Shown: one piece after another, positions 51,040-62,915 of the stretch
How positions within the stretch are numbered: the first letter of the stretch is position 1
How the letters are laid out: the number at the start of each line of letters is the position of its first letter
Assembly: GCF_963921235.1 (NCBI RefSeq)
Contig: NC_086108.1
Span: forward strand, 93,188,001-93,252,000
DNA: 64,000 bases
Direction: 5' to 3'
Source: Mobula hypostoma
Lineage: Eukaryota
The notes under the pieces: model-generated
The model's input: the letters and a program-made list of their open reading frames with translations, nothing else
Database searches by the model: none
What the model was told of the DNA's origin: nothing
Position numbers and translations under genes: made by a program

Positions 51040-52789
51040 AATCGTAAATACAAAATAATCTGCAGATGCTGGGATCAAAGCAACACTAACTTCCAGTTCC
51101 CCGGTCCCAACCGCTTCATTTTTACTATGGATGTCCACTCCTTATACACCTCCATTCCCCATCAAGAAGGCCTCAAAACCCTCCGCTACTTCCTGGATAA
51201 TAGACCTCACCAGTTCCCCACCACCACTACCCTCCTCCGGTTGACGGAACTGGTTCTCACACTTAATAACTTCTCTTTTGGCTCTTCCCACTTTCTTCAG
51301 AATAAGGGTGTAGCTATGGGAACTCGCATGGGACCCAGCTACTCCTGCCTCTTCGTTGGTTATGTGGAACAGTCTGTGCTCCAAACCTATTCTGGTACTG
51401 CTCCCCAACTTTTCCTTTGGTACATTGACGACTACATTGGTGCTGCTTCCTGCACCCATGCTGAGCTCGTCAATTTCATCCACTTTACTTCTAACTTCCA
51501 CCCAGCCCTCAAATTCACTTACTCTATCTCGGACACTTCTCTCCCCTTTCTCGATGTCTCGGTCTCCATCTCTGGAGACAGACTGTCCACTGACATCTTC
51601 TACAAGCCCACTGACTCTCATAACTACCTCAACTATACCTCTTCCCACCCCGCCACATGCAAAAATGCCATTCCCCATTCCCAGTTCCTCCGTCTCCGCC
51701 GCATCTGCTCCCAGGATAAGGCTTTCCATTCCAGGACGTCTCAAATGTCCTCTTTCTTTAAGGATCGTCGTTTCCTTTCTACCGTCATTAATGACGCCCT
51801 CACCCGCATCTCCTCCATTTCCCACACTTCAGCCCTCACCCCATCCTCCCGCAACCACAACAGGGACAGAGTTCCCCTTGTCCTCACCTACCACCCCACC
51901 AGCCTCCGGATCCGGCACATTATCCTCCGCAATTTCCGCCACCTTCAACAGGACCCCACCACTAAGCACATCTTTCCCTCTCCACCCCTCTCCGCTTTCC
52001 ACAGGGATCGGTCCCTCCACGACTCCCTTATCCGCACGTCCATCCCCACGGATCTCCCACCTGGCACTTATCCCTGTAAGCGTAAGTGCTACACCTGTCC
52101 CTACACCTCCTCTCTTGCCACCATTCAGGGCCCCAAACAGTCCTTCCAGGTGAGGCAACACTTTACTTGTGAGTCTGCTGGGGTCATCTATTGCATCTGG
52201 TGCTCCCGGTGCGGCCTCTTCTACATCGGTGAAACCCGATGCAGATTGGGGGTCCGCTTCATCGAGCACGTCCGCTCCGTCCGCCACAACAGACAGGATC
52301 TCCCGGTAGCCACCCACTTCAACTCTGCTTCCCATTCCCATTCAGATATGTCCATACATGGCCTCCTCTACTGCTATGCTGAGGCTAAACTCAGGTTGGA
52401 GGAGCAACCCCTCATACACCGTCTAGGTAGTCTCCAGCCCCTTGGTATGAACATAGAATTCTCCACCTTCCGGTAATTCCATCCCCCTCCCTTCCTCTAT
52501 CCCTATTTCACTTTACCCCCTCCCCTAGCTGCCTATCACCTCCCTCATGGTTCCACTTCCTTCTTCTACCCATTGTTTTCCTGCCTATGATGTCCCTGCT
52601 TCCCCTCCCCCACCCCTTTGTCTTTCAAATTACTGGTTTTTCAACTGAAACTACAAGCATTCTTCAAATGCTTCCCCCTCCTTATTTCTTCAGTCCTGAC
52701 AAAGGGTTCCGGCCCGAAACGTCGACTCATCATTTCCACTGATGCTGCCTGACCTGCCGAGTTCCTCCAGCGTGCTGTGAGCGTTGCTT
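51040..52789 (+). mobile_element. Penelope-like element with a short inverted 3' terminus at its 5' side
   Basis: 51040-51087 is the reverse complement of the PLE terminus; flanks TGCTTAAGGACAGCT (51025-51039) / TGCTTAAAGACAGCT (52785-52799). Confidence 0.92.
51127..52476 (+). CDS. Penelope-like RT plus GIY-YIG endonuclease, N-terminally truncated (449 aa open)
   Basis: MDVHSLYTSIP, GVAMGTRMGP, YIDD, LPFLDV, YKPTD, VIYCIWC..FYIGET, GMN. Confidence 0.9.
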   Translation: MDVHSLYTSIPHQEGLKTLRYFLDNRPHQFPTTTTLLRLTELVLTLNNFSFGSSHFLQNKGVAMGTRMGPSYSCLFVGYVEQSVLQTYSGTAPQLFLWYIDDYIGAASCTHAELVNFIHFTSNFHPALKFTYSISDTSLPFLDVSVSISGDRLSTDIFYKPTDSHNYLNYTSSHPATCKNAIPHSQFLRLRRICSQDKAFHSRTSQMSSFFKDRRFLSTVINDALTRISSISHTSALTPSSRNHNRDRVPLVLTYHPTSLRIRHIILRNFRHLQQDPTTKHIFPSPPLSAFHRDRSLHDSLIRTSIPTDLPPGTYPCKRKCYTCPYTSSLATIQGPKQSFQVRQHFTCESAGVIYCIWCSRCGLFYIGETRCRLGVRFIEHVRSVRHNRQDLPVATHFNSASHSHSDMSIHGLLYCYAEAKLRLEEQPLIHRLGSLQPLGMNIEFSTFR

Positions 52790-52829
52790 AAAGACAGCTT
52801 CTATCCCACTGTTATAAGACTCTTGAACC

Positions 52830-54975
52830 ACAAGACCATAAGATATAAGAGCAGAATTAGGCCATTTGGCTCATTGAGTCTGCTCCGCCATTTCATCATA
52901 ACTGATCCATTTTCCCTCTCAGACCCAGTCTCCTGCCTTCTCCATGTGCCCTGACTAATCAAGAATCTATCAGCTTCTGCCTTAAATATACCCAATGTCT
53001 TGGACTCCACAGCCACCTGTGGCAACAAATTCCACAGATTTACCGCTCTCCGGCTAAATAAGTTCCTCCTCAGCTTCTAGAATGCAAAAGAACCAACCTT
53101 TTGCATGCTAAAGATGAATTCTTGATTTCTCATTCCACCTCATTGTCTTCAGTTCTTCAGTCACTGCAGCACTATATTCTGCATGTTGTTTGTTGCGTAC
53201 TATAAGAGCAGAGACATATGAGCACAATTAAGCTATTCAGCCCATCATATCTGCTCTGCCTTTCAATTATGGCTGATTTATTTTCCCTTTCTACACATTT
53301 CTTCTCTCTTCTCCCCATAACTTTTGACAAGCTTACTAATCAAGCCAATCAACCTTTGCTTTAAATGTACCCAATAACTTGGCCTCCACAGCCATCTCTG
53401 GCAATGATTTCCACTGATTCACCATGCTTTGGCTAAAGAAATTCCTCCTCTTTCTTTAGAGGAGAATTCTATCCTCTCAGGCTATCCCACTAATGGACCT
53501 CTAGACTTTCCCACTAATGGAAACATCCACTTCAAGTACATTCTATCTAGGCCTTTCAATATTTCTTAGATTGCAATCAGACCCCACTCATTCTTCCAAA
53601 ATCCAGTGCGTACAGACCCAGAACCATCAAATGCTCCTCATACTCATAAAAATCATTCTCGTACAAGTCCTCTGAACTCCTCCAATGCCAGCACATCCCT
53701 TGTTAGATAAGGGACCCAAAACTGCTCACAATACTCCAATGCCTTATAAAGCCTCAACTTTACATCCTTATTTTTATATTCTAGTTTCCCAAAATGAATG
53801 CTACCATTACTTGCCGTCCTTACTGCTGACTCAACCTTCAAGTTAACCATCAGGGATCCTCTATGAGTCCCAACTGCCTTTGCACCTCTGTTTTAGAAAC
53901 CTAGAAAACCTACAGCACAATATAGGCCCTTTGGCCCACAAAGCTGTGCTGAACATGTCCTTACCTTAGAAATTACCTCAGGTTACCCACAGCCCTCTAT
54001 GTTTCTAAGCTCCATGTACCCGTCCAGGAGTCCCTTAAAAGACCCTATCATATCCGCCTCCATCACCGTCGCCGGCAACCCATTCCACGCACTCACCACT
54101 CTCTGAGTAAAAAACTTAGCCCTGACATCTCCTCTGCACCTACTTCCAAGCACCTTAAAACTGTGCCCTCTCATGCTAGCCATTTCATCCCTGGGTAAAA
54201 GCCTCTGACTATCCACACAATCAATGCCTCTCATCATCTTGTACACCTCTATCAGGTCACCTCTCATCCTCCATCTCTCCAAGGAGAAAAAAGCCGAGTT
54301 CACTCAACCTATTCTCATTAGGCATGCTCCCCAGTCCAGGAAACATCCTTGTAAATCTCTTCTGCACCCTTTCTATGGTTTCCACATCCTTCCTGTTGTG
54401 AGGTGACCAGAACTGAGCACAGTACTCCAAGTGGGGTCTGACCAGGGTCCTATATAGCTGCAACATAACCTCTCGGCTCCTAAATTCAATCCCATGATTG
54501 ATGAAGGCCAATGCACCATATGCCTTCTTAACCACAGAGTCAACCTGCGCGCAGCCTTGAGTGTCCTATGGATTTGGACCCCAAGATCTCTCTGATCCTC
54601 CACGCTGCCAAGAATCTTACCATTAATGCTATATTCTGCCATCATATTTGACCTACCAAAATGAACCACCTCACACTTATCTGGGTTGAACTCCATCTGC
54701 CACTTCTCAGCCCAGTTTTGCATCCTATCAATGTCCCGCTGTAACCTCTGACAACCCTCCACCCTATCCACAACACCCCCAACGTTTGTGTTTTCTGAAT
54801 TTTTTTCTATTTTACAAAGTAGTCTGTGCCTTTATTCCTTGTACCAAAGTGCATGACTATACATTCCCCTACACTGCATTCCCTCTGCCATTTCTTTGCC
54901 TATTCCCCACTCTATCCAGGTCGTTCTGCAAGTTCCCTGCTTCCTCAGCACTGCCTGTCCCCCCCACCTATCACA
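52830..54975 (-). mobile_element. Cluster of CR1 3' fragments (52830-53075; 53200-53892 plus 54788-54975; nested younger copy 53893-54787)
   Basis: Three CR1 tails; WAEKWQMEFNPDKC, LVRPHLEYCAQFWSP, FFTQRVVSAWNGLP. Confidence 0.9.
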
Positions 54976-55149
54976 TAGAATGATCTATCTTGATGGCACA
55001 CAAACAAAAGCTTTCCATGTATCTCAGTACAGGTGACAATAATAAATCAAATCAATTACATGGTGGTACTACATGTTAGAAGAGTGAGAATTTGGATGAA
55101 GAAAGTATGATGAAAGCCACATGAGAGCTAGAATTCACAACAGTTAGAA

Positions 55150-55385
55150 CATGGATCATAGAAATCTACAGCACATTACAGGCCCTTCAACCTACAATGT
55201 TGTGCCGACCATGTAAACTACTCTACAAACGTCCTAGAATTTCCCTACCACATAACCCTCTATTTTTCTAAGCTCCATGTACCTATCTAAGATTGTCTTA
55301 AAAGACCCTATTGTATCCACCTCCACCACCTTCACTGGCAGTGCATTCCATGCACCCACCATTCTCTGTGTGAAAAACTTACCTC
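55150..55385 (-). mobile_element. CR1 3' end
   Basis: RGKFFTQRMVGAWNALP..SFKTILDRYM. Confidence 0.85.
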
Positions 55386-55454
55386 TTAAACTTATCTTAA
55401 CCCATTTAACACAGGAAAAGGTTCTTAGAAGTAAAAATCCTGAGGAGTATCGAT

Positions 55455-55878
55455 AGGCTATAGTGTGCACACCAAGGCGAAGATGTTCCAGAGCTGTGTT
55501 CTGTCCACATTCCTGTACGAGTCTGAGTGCTGGTGCCTGACAGAAAGTGACCCTTGCCAAGCTGCCATCATTCCAAGCTTCTGGAAGATCATCGTATTTT
55601 CTTGCCAAAATGATCCCCAACCATGCCCTAGTCCTTCAGTGTCATCATGAGGACATGGCCCACAATCATCATGAGACAATACGTCATTAGACCTCTGAAA
55701 AATGGAAAAAACACGGGGAGCCAAAGACAACTTGGCACCATACCATAGCGGCAGAAATGAGGACCCTGAACCACATCTGGGGCTGGGGCACAATAGAGAA
55801 GATGATGGAGATGACAGACACGAAGGGCATTCATTGCTGCCCTAAACACCAGCAGCATAATGGGCAGTAAGTAAGCAA
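55455..55878 (+). mobile_element. RTE-like LINE 3' fragment
   Basis: TKAKMFQSCVLSTFLYESECW (LYGSECW-like); G.PKTTW motif; (TAAG)n tail. Confidence 0.7.
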
Positions 55879-55879
55879 G

Positions 55880-56215
55880 GAAGTAGAGATAGGATAAATG
55901 CAAGCAGACTTTACCTACCGAGGTTGGGTGAGACTAGAACAAGAGGTCATGGGTTAAGCGTGAAAGGTGAAATGTTTAAGGGGGACATGAGGGGAACTTC
56001 TTCACTCAGAGAGTGGTGGGAGTGTGGAATGAAATCCCAGCAGAAGTGGTGAATGCAGGTTCAATTTCAACATTTAAGAGAAACTTAGATAAGTACATGG
56101 ATGAGAGAGATATGGTCCAGGTGCAGGTCGATGGGGCTATGCAGAATAATGCTTCGGTATGGACTGAATGGGCTGAAGGGCCTGCTTCTGTACTGTAGTG
56201 CTCTATGACTCAATG
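55880..56215 (+). mobile_element. CR1 3' end
   Basis: TRTRGHGL..FFTQRVVGVWNE..TFKRNLDKYM. Confidence 0.85.
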
Positions 56216-56607
56216 ACAAGTGAGGGAAGATAAGGTGACCTTTTCTGTTTTAGGCGCAAAAATAGCAACAGGATTCACAAAGCCTTAGCTACAATTTCTC
56301 CTGTTATTTATTTACACATGGAATCTGAGTGTCACCAGCAAACCCAGAAAGTATGGTCCATCCTTAATTGCCCTTGAACTGAGTGACAAGACTATTGTAC
56401 AGAGCAGTTAAAACTCAACAATATTATGCAAGCAGATTTCTTTCCCTAAGGCAGATGGGGTGCGATGGCAAACTGGGTGGGATATAATGGAGTTTTGTGG
56501 TCTCCAGTACAGATGCTAGCTTTTCAACTCAATTTGCATTTCATGAACTGAACTTAAATTCTTCAGCTGCCAGGTGGGATTCAAACTATAGATTTTCAAT
56601 TTTTTTT

Positions 56608-56900
56608 TAAGATTAGCTTTATTTGTCATAACAGAACATCAAAGCATACAGTGAAATGTGTATATGTGTCACTGTCTGAGAAGTACCGGTGGCAGCCTGC
56701 ATGTTGTCATGCTTCTGGTGCCAATGTAACACACCCATAGCTTCCTAACCCTAATCCATATGTCTCTGGAAACCAGAGAACCCAGAGGAAACCCATGCGG
56801 ACACAGGGAGAATGTACAAACTCCTTACAGACAATGATGGGAAATTGAACCCTGATCTTATAGCAGGCACTGCGAAGCATTACACTAACCACTACACTAC
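56608..56900 (-). mobile_element. V-SINE-like element with Rex1-like tail
   Basis: tRNA-like head and V-domain; tail ..GACAAATAAAGCTAATCTT differs from that of 39100-39390. Confidence 0.65.
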
Positions 56901-57104
56901 CAAAGCCTTCAGTCCTATTAATTGCCTTCTACAGTATGTATTCAAGTCCAAGTGCCTAATGTAATAAAATTACCATAGCTTTACCTTCAATAGAGCGGGA
57001 TGTCCAATTCCAACCCAACACAGTAAATCAGTACTTCTCTGCTTGCATGGGTTATAAGATGTGAGATACAGTTAGTTTTAATTTACAAGGAGTTTTCACA
57101 CCTA

Positions 57105-57625
57105 CATTCAGTGGCCACTTTATTTGGTACACCTATAAATGCTCATTAATCTACCTAAGCAGCCAGTCATGTGGCCGCAACATGCAGACATGGTCAAGAG
57201 GTTCAGTTGTTGTTCAAACCAAACGCCAGAATCAGAAAGAAATGTCATCTAAATAACTTTGCCAATGGAATGATTGTTGGTGGTTTGAATACAGTATCTC
57301 AGAAACTGCTGATCTCCTGGGATTTCATTGCACAACAGTCTCTAGCGTTTATAGAGAATGGTGCTAAAACAACAAAAAACATCCACTGAGTGGCAGTTCT
57401 GAGGGAAAAGTCGCCTTGTTGATGAGAAAGGCTAGAAGAGAATGCCTAGACTGGTTCAAGCTGGAAGGGATTTGACAGTAATTCAAACGACAACACGTTA
57501 CAACAATGGTGTGCAGAAGAGCATCTCTGAACGCACAACGTGCCGAACGTTGAAGTGGATGGGCTACCGCATCAGAAGATCACACCAGGTTCCATTGCTG
57601 TACCTAATAAAGTGGCCACTGAGTG
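57105..57625 (+). mobile_element. Non-autonomous Tc1-like element
   Basis: TIRs CATTCAGTGGCCACTTTATTTGGTACA / TGTACCTAATAAAGTGGCCACTGAGTG; TA on both sides. Confidence 0.9.
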
Positions 57626-57709
57626 TAGATTATCATTTTTAACCGTTTAATTAACTGAGGTATGGTTGGAACCAGGAAGTTCCTACATCAACAGTAAATA
57701 AGAACTTTT

Positions 57710-57944
57710 GCACGGTGGGTTTTTTTTGGGGGGTTTTTTTTCTTTTTTTTTCTATTGATATATATAAAATTTAGTATACTATTATGTTATCTTGGTTTCT
57801 TATGTTTAAATTACATTGTTTGTAGTATTTTTTTTGGTATTGATACCTTCTGGAATTTTACTATATTTTAACATTGTATTAATGTTTATATGGCTTACCT
57901 TTTTGTATACTTATTCAATAAAAAGATTTAAAAAGAAAGAAAGG
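57710..57944 (+). mobile_element. L1 3' UTR fragment with 20-bp TSD
   Basis: Reverse complement of 2328-2560; TSD AACAGTAAATAAGAACTTTT at 57690-57709 and 57945-57964. Confidence 0.92.
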
Positions 57945-58077
57945 AACAGTAAATAAGAACTTTTAAAAAGTACAGTTTACAGGAATTGGAAATAAAATCA
58001 AGAAAATGTTGCACTCAGAAAATCAGGCAGCAACTGTGTAGAGAGAACAGTTAACATTTTGAGTTGAAGACCCTTGG

Positions 58078-58725
58078 CCCGGTCCTGACCCTCCAAGCAG
58101 ACCATTGCCTTTGTCAGAGCTGGGGAGCAGCCAATACCCGCCAAAAGAGCATCTGCAGACATTCTGACCTCTGCAAGGGACTGGCAGCTGCTGGTGGACC
58201 TCAAAGGGCAGCTGAAGTTCCCCTACCATATCGCAGCCACCACCCTGCGACCAGACATTGTCCTAGTGTCTGAGTCGACTAAGCAAGTGGTGCTGCTGGA
58301 GCTGACAGTCCCATGGGAAGATAGCTTGGAAGAGGCCTTTGAAAGGAAGCTCTCCAAGTACGCAGGACTGGTCAGCAACTGTCAGCAGGCTGGATGGAGA
58401 GCGAGGTGTCTCCCAGTGGAGGTTGGTTGTAGGGGATTCGTAGCCCGTTCTTTAGTTAGAGCCTTCAGCATTTTGGGCATCGAGGGAGAGAGGAAGAGGA
58501 GAGCCATCCGCTGTACCACCAATGCGGCAGAGAGGGCCTCAAGATGACTGTGGCTCAAAAGAGGAGATCCATGGAGTCATAAGTAGCTAGCCATCTGGAC
58601 ACAAGCTGGGGTCTGATCAGCCCTGGATGGGTCACCTGGAGGAGGCTGTATGATGTTGAAAGACCCGAAACACCCGATGATTCCAGGAACATCACTGAAG
58701 ATGTGTCCAGAAGCATCAATAGATG
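58078..58725 (+). mobile_element. Hero-like non-LTR retrotransposon 3' end (restriction-like endonuclease)
   Basis: IAFVRAGE, WQLLVDL..LKFP.HIAATTLRPDIVL.SESTKQVVLLELTVPWE..ERKLSKY..PVEVGCRGF. Confidence 0.85.
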
Positions 58726-59444
58726 TATGTATACGGCCATTGGTCAGAATAACTGTTCTCTCTCTCTCTCTCTCTCTGCATATGCTGTCTGACCTGTTGA
58801 GTGGGTCCAGCATTTTCTGTTTTGAGTTCATATCACAACGTTGAGCTGGGGCTTTTAGATCAGAGAGGAGATCGGATTGCGGCAGCTGCATTCCTGCACT
58901 GTTGGTGCAACCAGGCAGTTGACCCCTTCCTTCATTCTTTTTCAGCAGCACCACTCCAGATTCCCACATGTTTTCTCTATAAAAAGGCACACTGGTGAGC
59001 ACCCCCACAATATTTCTAAGTAATTCCCTATTTTATGAGAGAAGATACAAATTTAGACTTGTTACGCGTAATGAATTAATTTGAAACCCGACTGTATTAT
59101 ATGAGCCTACATGGTGGAGACAAGTAGGTTGAATCATTTATTAGTTGAAATGGCTGGAAAACAAACATCTGTGTCGGATTACTCAGACAGTAATAGGAGA
59201 CTACCTAAATGTGTCATTATTTCCATAGGAACTAATGCGTATATTTGTCAGAGTCACTTTAAAAGAGAAAGCCTCATTTTCATTCAGCAACTTTTGCTTC
59301 CCATTTTAGGAAGAATGACAAAGTGTTTCAGTCACTGGACAGACTTCTGAATTCTGGTCCCCACTGTAAAGTAGGAAAGAAAAGCAGGAAAAAAACTCAA
59401 ATATGAAACTTGGGCTTAGTAATGAAACTACAAGTCACAGGGCA

Positions 59445-61415
59445 TCAATGTCTCAGAAGATCTCTGCTGGCCCCACCATACCGATACAATCGTGACAAAG
59501 GCACAGCAGTGGCTATACTTCATTAGGAGTTTGAAGAGATTTGGTATGTCATCAAAGGCTCAAGAAGATGTACCATTTTCACTGGTTGCATTACTGCCTG
59601 GCACAGAGGAGCCAATGCACGAGATCACAAGAGGCTTCAGGGGTTGTAGATTCAGCCAACTCCATCACAGGCACAAACTTCCCCACCATTGAAGACATCT
59701 TCCAAAAGCGACGCCTCAAGAAGGCAGCATCCATCATTAAGGTCCTTCACCATTTTGGACATGCCATCTTACCATAGAACCATAGAAACTACAGCACAGA
59801 AACAGGCCCTTTGGCCCTTCTTGGCTGTGCCGAACCATTTTCTGTCTAGTCCCACTGACCTGCACACGGACCATATCCCTCCATACACCTCCCATCCATG
59901 TATCTGTCCAATTTATTCTTAAATGTTAAAAAAGAACCCGCATTTAGCACCTCGTCTGACAGCTCATTCCATACTCCCACCACTCTCTGTGTGAAGAAGC
60001 CCCCCCTAATGTTCCCTTTAAACTTTTCCCCCCTCACCCTTAACCCATGTCCTCTGGTTTTTTTCTCCCCTTGCCTCAGTGGAAAAAGCCTGCTTGCATT
60101 CACTCTATCTATACCCATCATAATTTTATATAGCTCTATCAAATCTCCCCTCATTCTTCTATGCTCCAGGGAATAAAGTCCTAACCTATTCAACCTTTCT
60201 CTGTAACTGAGTTTCTCAAGTCCCGGCAACATTCTTGTAAACCTTCTCTGCACTCTTTCAACCTTATTTATATCCTTCCTGTAATTTGGTGACCAAAACT
60301 GAACACAATACTCCAGATTCGGCCTCACCAATGCCTTAGACAACCTCATCATAACATTCCAGCTCTTATACTCAATACTTCGATTAATGAAGGCCAATGT
60401 ACCAAAAGCTCTCTTTACGACCCTATCTACCTGTGACGACACTTTTAGGGAACTTTGTATCTGTATTCCCAGATCCCTCTGTTCCACTGCACTCCTCAGT
60501 GCCTTACCATTAACCCTGTATGTTCTACGTTGGTTTGTTCTTCCAACGTGCAATACCTCACACTTGTCAGTATTAAACTCCATCTGCCATTTTTCCGCCC
60601 ATTTTTCCAGCTGGTCCAAGTCCCTCTGCAGGCTCTGAAAACCTTCCTCACTGTCTACTACACCTCCAATCTTTGTATCATCAGCAAACTTGCTGATCCA
60701 ATTTACCACATTATCATCCAGATCATTGATATAGATGACAAATAACAATGGACCCAGCACTGATCCCTGTGGCACACCACTAGTCACAGGCCTCTACTCA
60801 GAGAAGCAATTCTCTACCAAAACTCTCTGGCTTCTTCCATCGAGCCAATGTCTAATCCAATTTACCACCTCTCCATGTATACCTAGCGACTGAATTTTCC
60901 TAACTAACCTCCCATGCGGGACCTTGTCAAAGGCCTTACTGAAGTCCATGTAGACAATATCCACGGCCTTCCCTTCATCCACTTTCCCGGTAACCTCCTC
61001 GAAAAACTCCAACAGATTGGTCAAACATGACCTACCACGCACAAAGCCATGTTGACTCTCCCTAATAAGCCTCTGTCTATCCAATTGCTTGTAGATTCTG
61101 TCTCTTAGTACTCCCTCCAATAACTTACCTACTACTGACGTTAAACTCACTGGCCTATAATTTCCCGGATTACTTTTCGATCCTTCTCATTACTACCATC
61201 TGGGAGGAGGTGCAGGAGCCTGAAGACCCACACTCAACTTTTTAGAAACAGCTTCTTCTCCTCCACAATCTGATTTGGGAACTGTCCATGAGCCCATGAA
61301 CACAACCTCTTTAGTGCTATTCATTTGTTTTTACTATGACATATAGTAAATTGTTATACCTGCACTGTACTGCTGACACAAAACAACTTACATCAGTGAT
61401 AATGAAGCTGATTCT
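59445..61415 (+). mobile_element. Rex1/Babar-like 3' fragment split by a CR1
   Basis: KAQQWLYFIRSLKRFG..ITGTNFPTIEDIF.KRRLKKAASIIK up to about 59770; resumes with FSLLPSGRR at about 61185. Confidence 0.8.
59772..61185 (-). mobile_element. Young CR1 LINE, 5'-truncated
   Basis: ORFs 60794-61150 and 59846-60787 separated by one stop: QHGFVRGRSCLTNL, DFSKAFDKVPH, SGVPQGSVLGP, KFADDTK. Confidence 0.95.
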
Positions 61416-62099
61416 CACATGATAGATATGGATGAGGAAATCCGTGTTCATCTATGCTGTCTCCTGAATTAACAAAATTCCTAGGATTCTCTGAAGGTGT
61501 AGAGTGAGTTATGAAATTAACTTTCATCTCCAGCATGCTGCTTGGTGATTCAGCACTGATCACCACATAATGAATCTTCTGATATTAACTTCAATCTTAC
61601 CTTTGATCCTCTTGAATCAATGGTCATGCAACCTTTTCACAGTTTAATTTGAACTACTATTCTGGATTTATTTGTTCTGTACTGTGAAACACTTTCCGTA
61701 TTTTCTTCATCCTTTTTTGTCAAGGATTTTTCTGCAGGGAAAATCAGTAACATGACGTACATCTAAAGGCATTAATTCCTCAGTTTTCATTTCATATTCA
61801 ATTCAGAGAAAAAATAAATAACTACTCATCAGCATTTTCTTAGTTTGATTTGCATTGTTCCATTAATTTTCAATGATAAATATTCACCCAATTCTTCTTG
61901 TTCCTGCATAGTTCCTAGATCTTCTCCATTAAGAACTAGGTTTAAACACCAATTGTAGTTCACTGTACACAGCAATGTTTTTAGAGCTAAGGTGTATTAC
62001 ACTATCAGACTTAGCTGATAGGTTTCCAATATTCTGCTGGTTTGTCAAAGTTTTGTTCAGAGTCCATCTCTTACTGAGCCTAAGGATATCCTCCTGGTA

Positions 62100-62915
62100 T
62101 TGGGATGATTTTGCTATTTAGTCTCCCTACTCTACTCCCTGTACACTCTTGACTGCATGGCCAGATTTTTGCTCTAATTCCACCTACAGCAGGGGTTCAC
62201 AATCTTTTTTATGCCGTAGATCAGTACCATTAACTGAGGGGTCTGTGGACCTCAAGTTGGGAAACCCTGATCTACAAGTTTGCAGATAATACCATCATAG
62301 TGGGCTGTAACTCAGATAATGATGAATACGAGTACAGGAAGGAGATAGAGAGCTTCATGACATGGTGCAATGACAACAATCTTTCCTTCAATGTCAACAA
62401 AAGAAAAAAGCTGGTTATGACAGGGAGGAGGGTGGTGCACATGCTGCTGTCTACATCAGTGATGTTAAAGTTGAGATGGTTGAGATCTTCACGTTCATCG
62501 GAGCGAATATCGCTAATAGCCTTTCCTGGATGATGCCATGGCCAAGAAAGCTCACCAATGTCTCTGCTTCCTTGGGAGGCTAAATGAATTTGGTATGCCC
62601 CTGTTGACCCTTGCCAATTTTTAGCGATGTACTATAGAAAGCATCCTATCTGCATGCTTAATATGACAACTATTGTGCTTGTGACAGTAAGGATCTGCAG
62701 AAAGTTGTGAACACAGCTCAGCACATCACAGAAACCAGCTGTCTACACCCTTTGCTGCCTCACTATAGAAGCCAGCGTTATCAAAGAACCCACTCACTCT
62801 GGACATTAGCTCTTCTCCCCTCTCCCTTTGGGCAGAAGTTACAAAAGCCTGAAACCATGTACCACTAGCTGTAAGGACAGCTTGTATCCTGTTGTTATCA
62901 GAAACTTGAATGGAC
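62100..62915 (+). mobile_element. Rex1/Babar-like RT fragment
   Basis: SPLLYSLYT.DC; YKFADN; EYRKEIESFMTWCNDNNLSFNVNK. Confidence 0.8.
62190..62269. mobile_element. 80-bp hAT-type MITE
   Basis: Ends CAGGGGTTCACAA / TTGGGAAACCCTG; degenerate 8-bp TSD ACCTACAG / ATCTACAA; interrupts the Rex1 frame. Confidence 0.7.

Noticed and set aside
51142..52341. Long overlapping ORFs (227, 265 and 170 aa)
   Set aside because: Alternate-frame or antisense shadows of the Penelope RT/GIY-YIG ORF.
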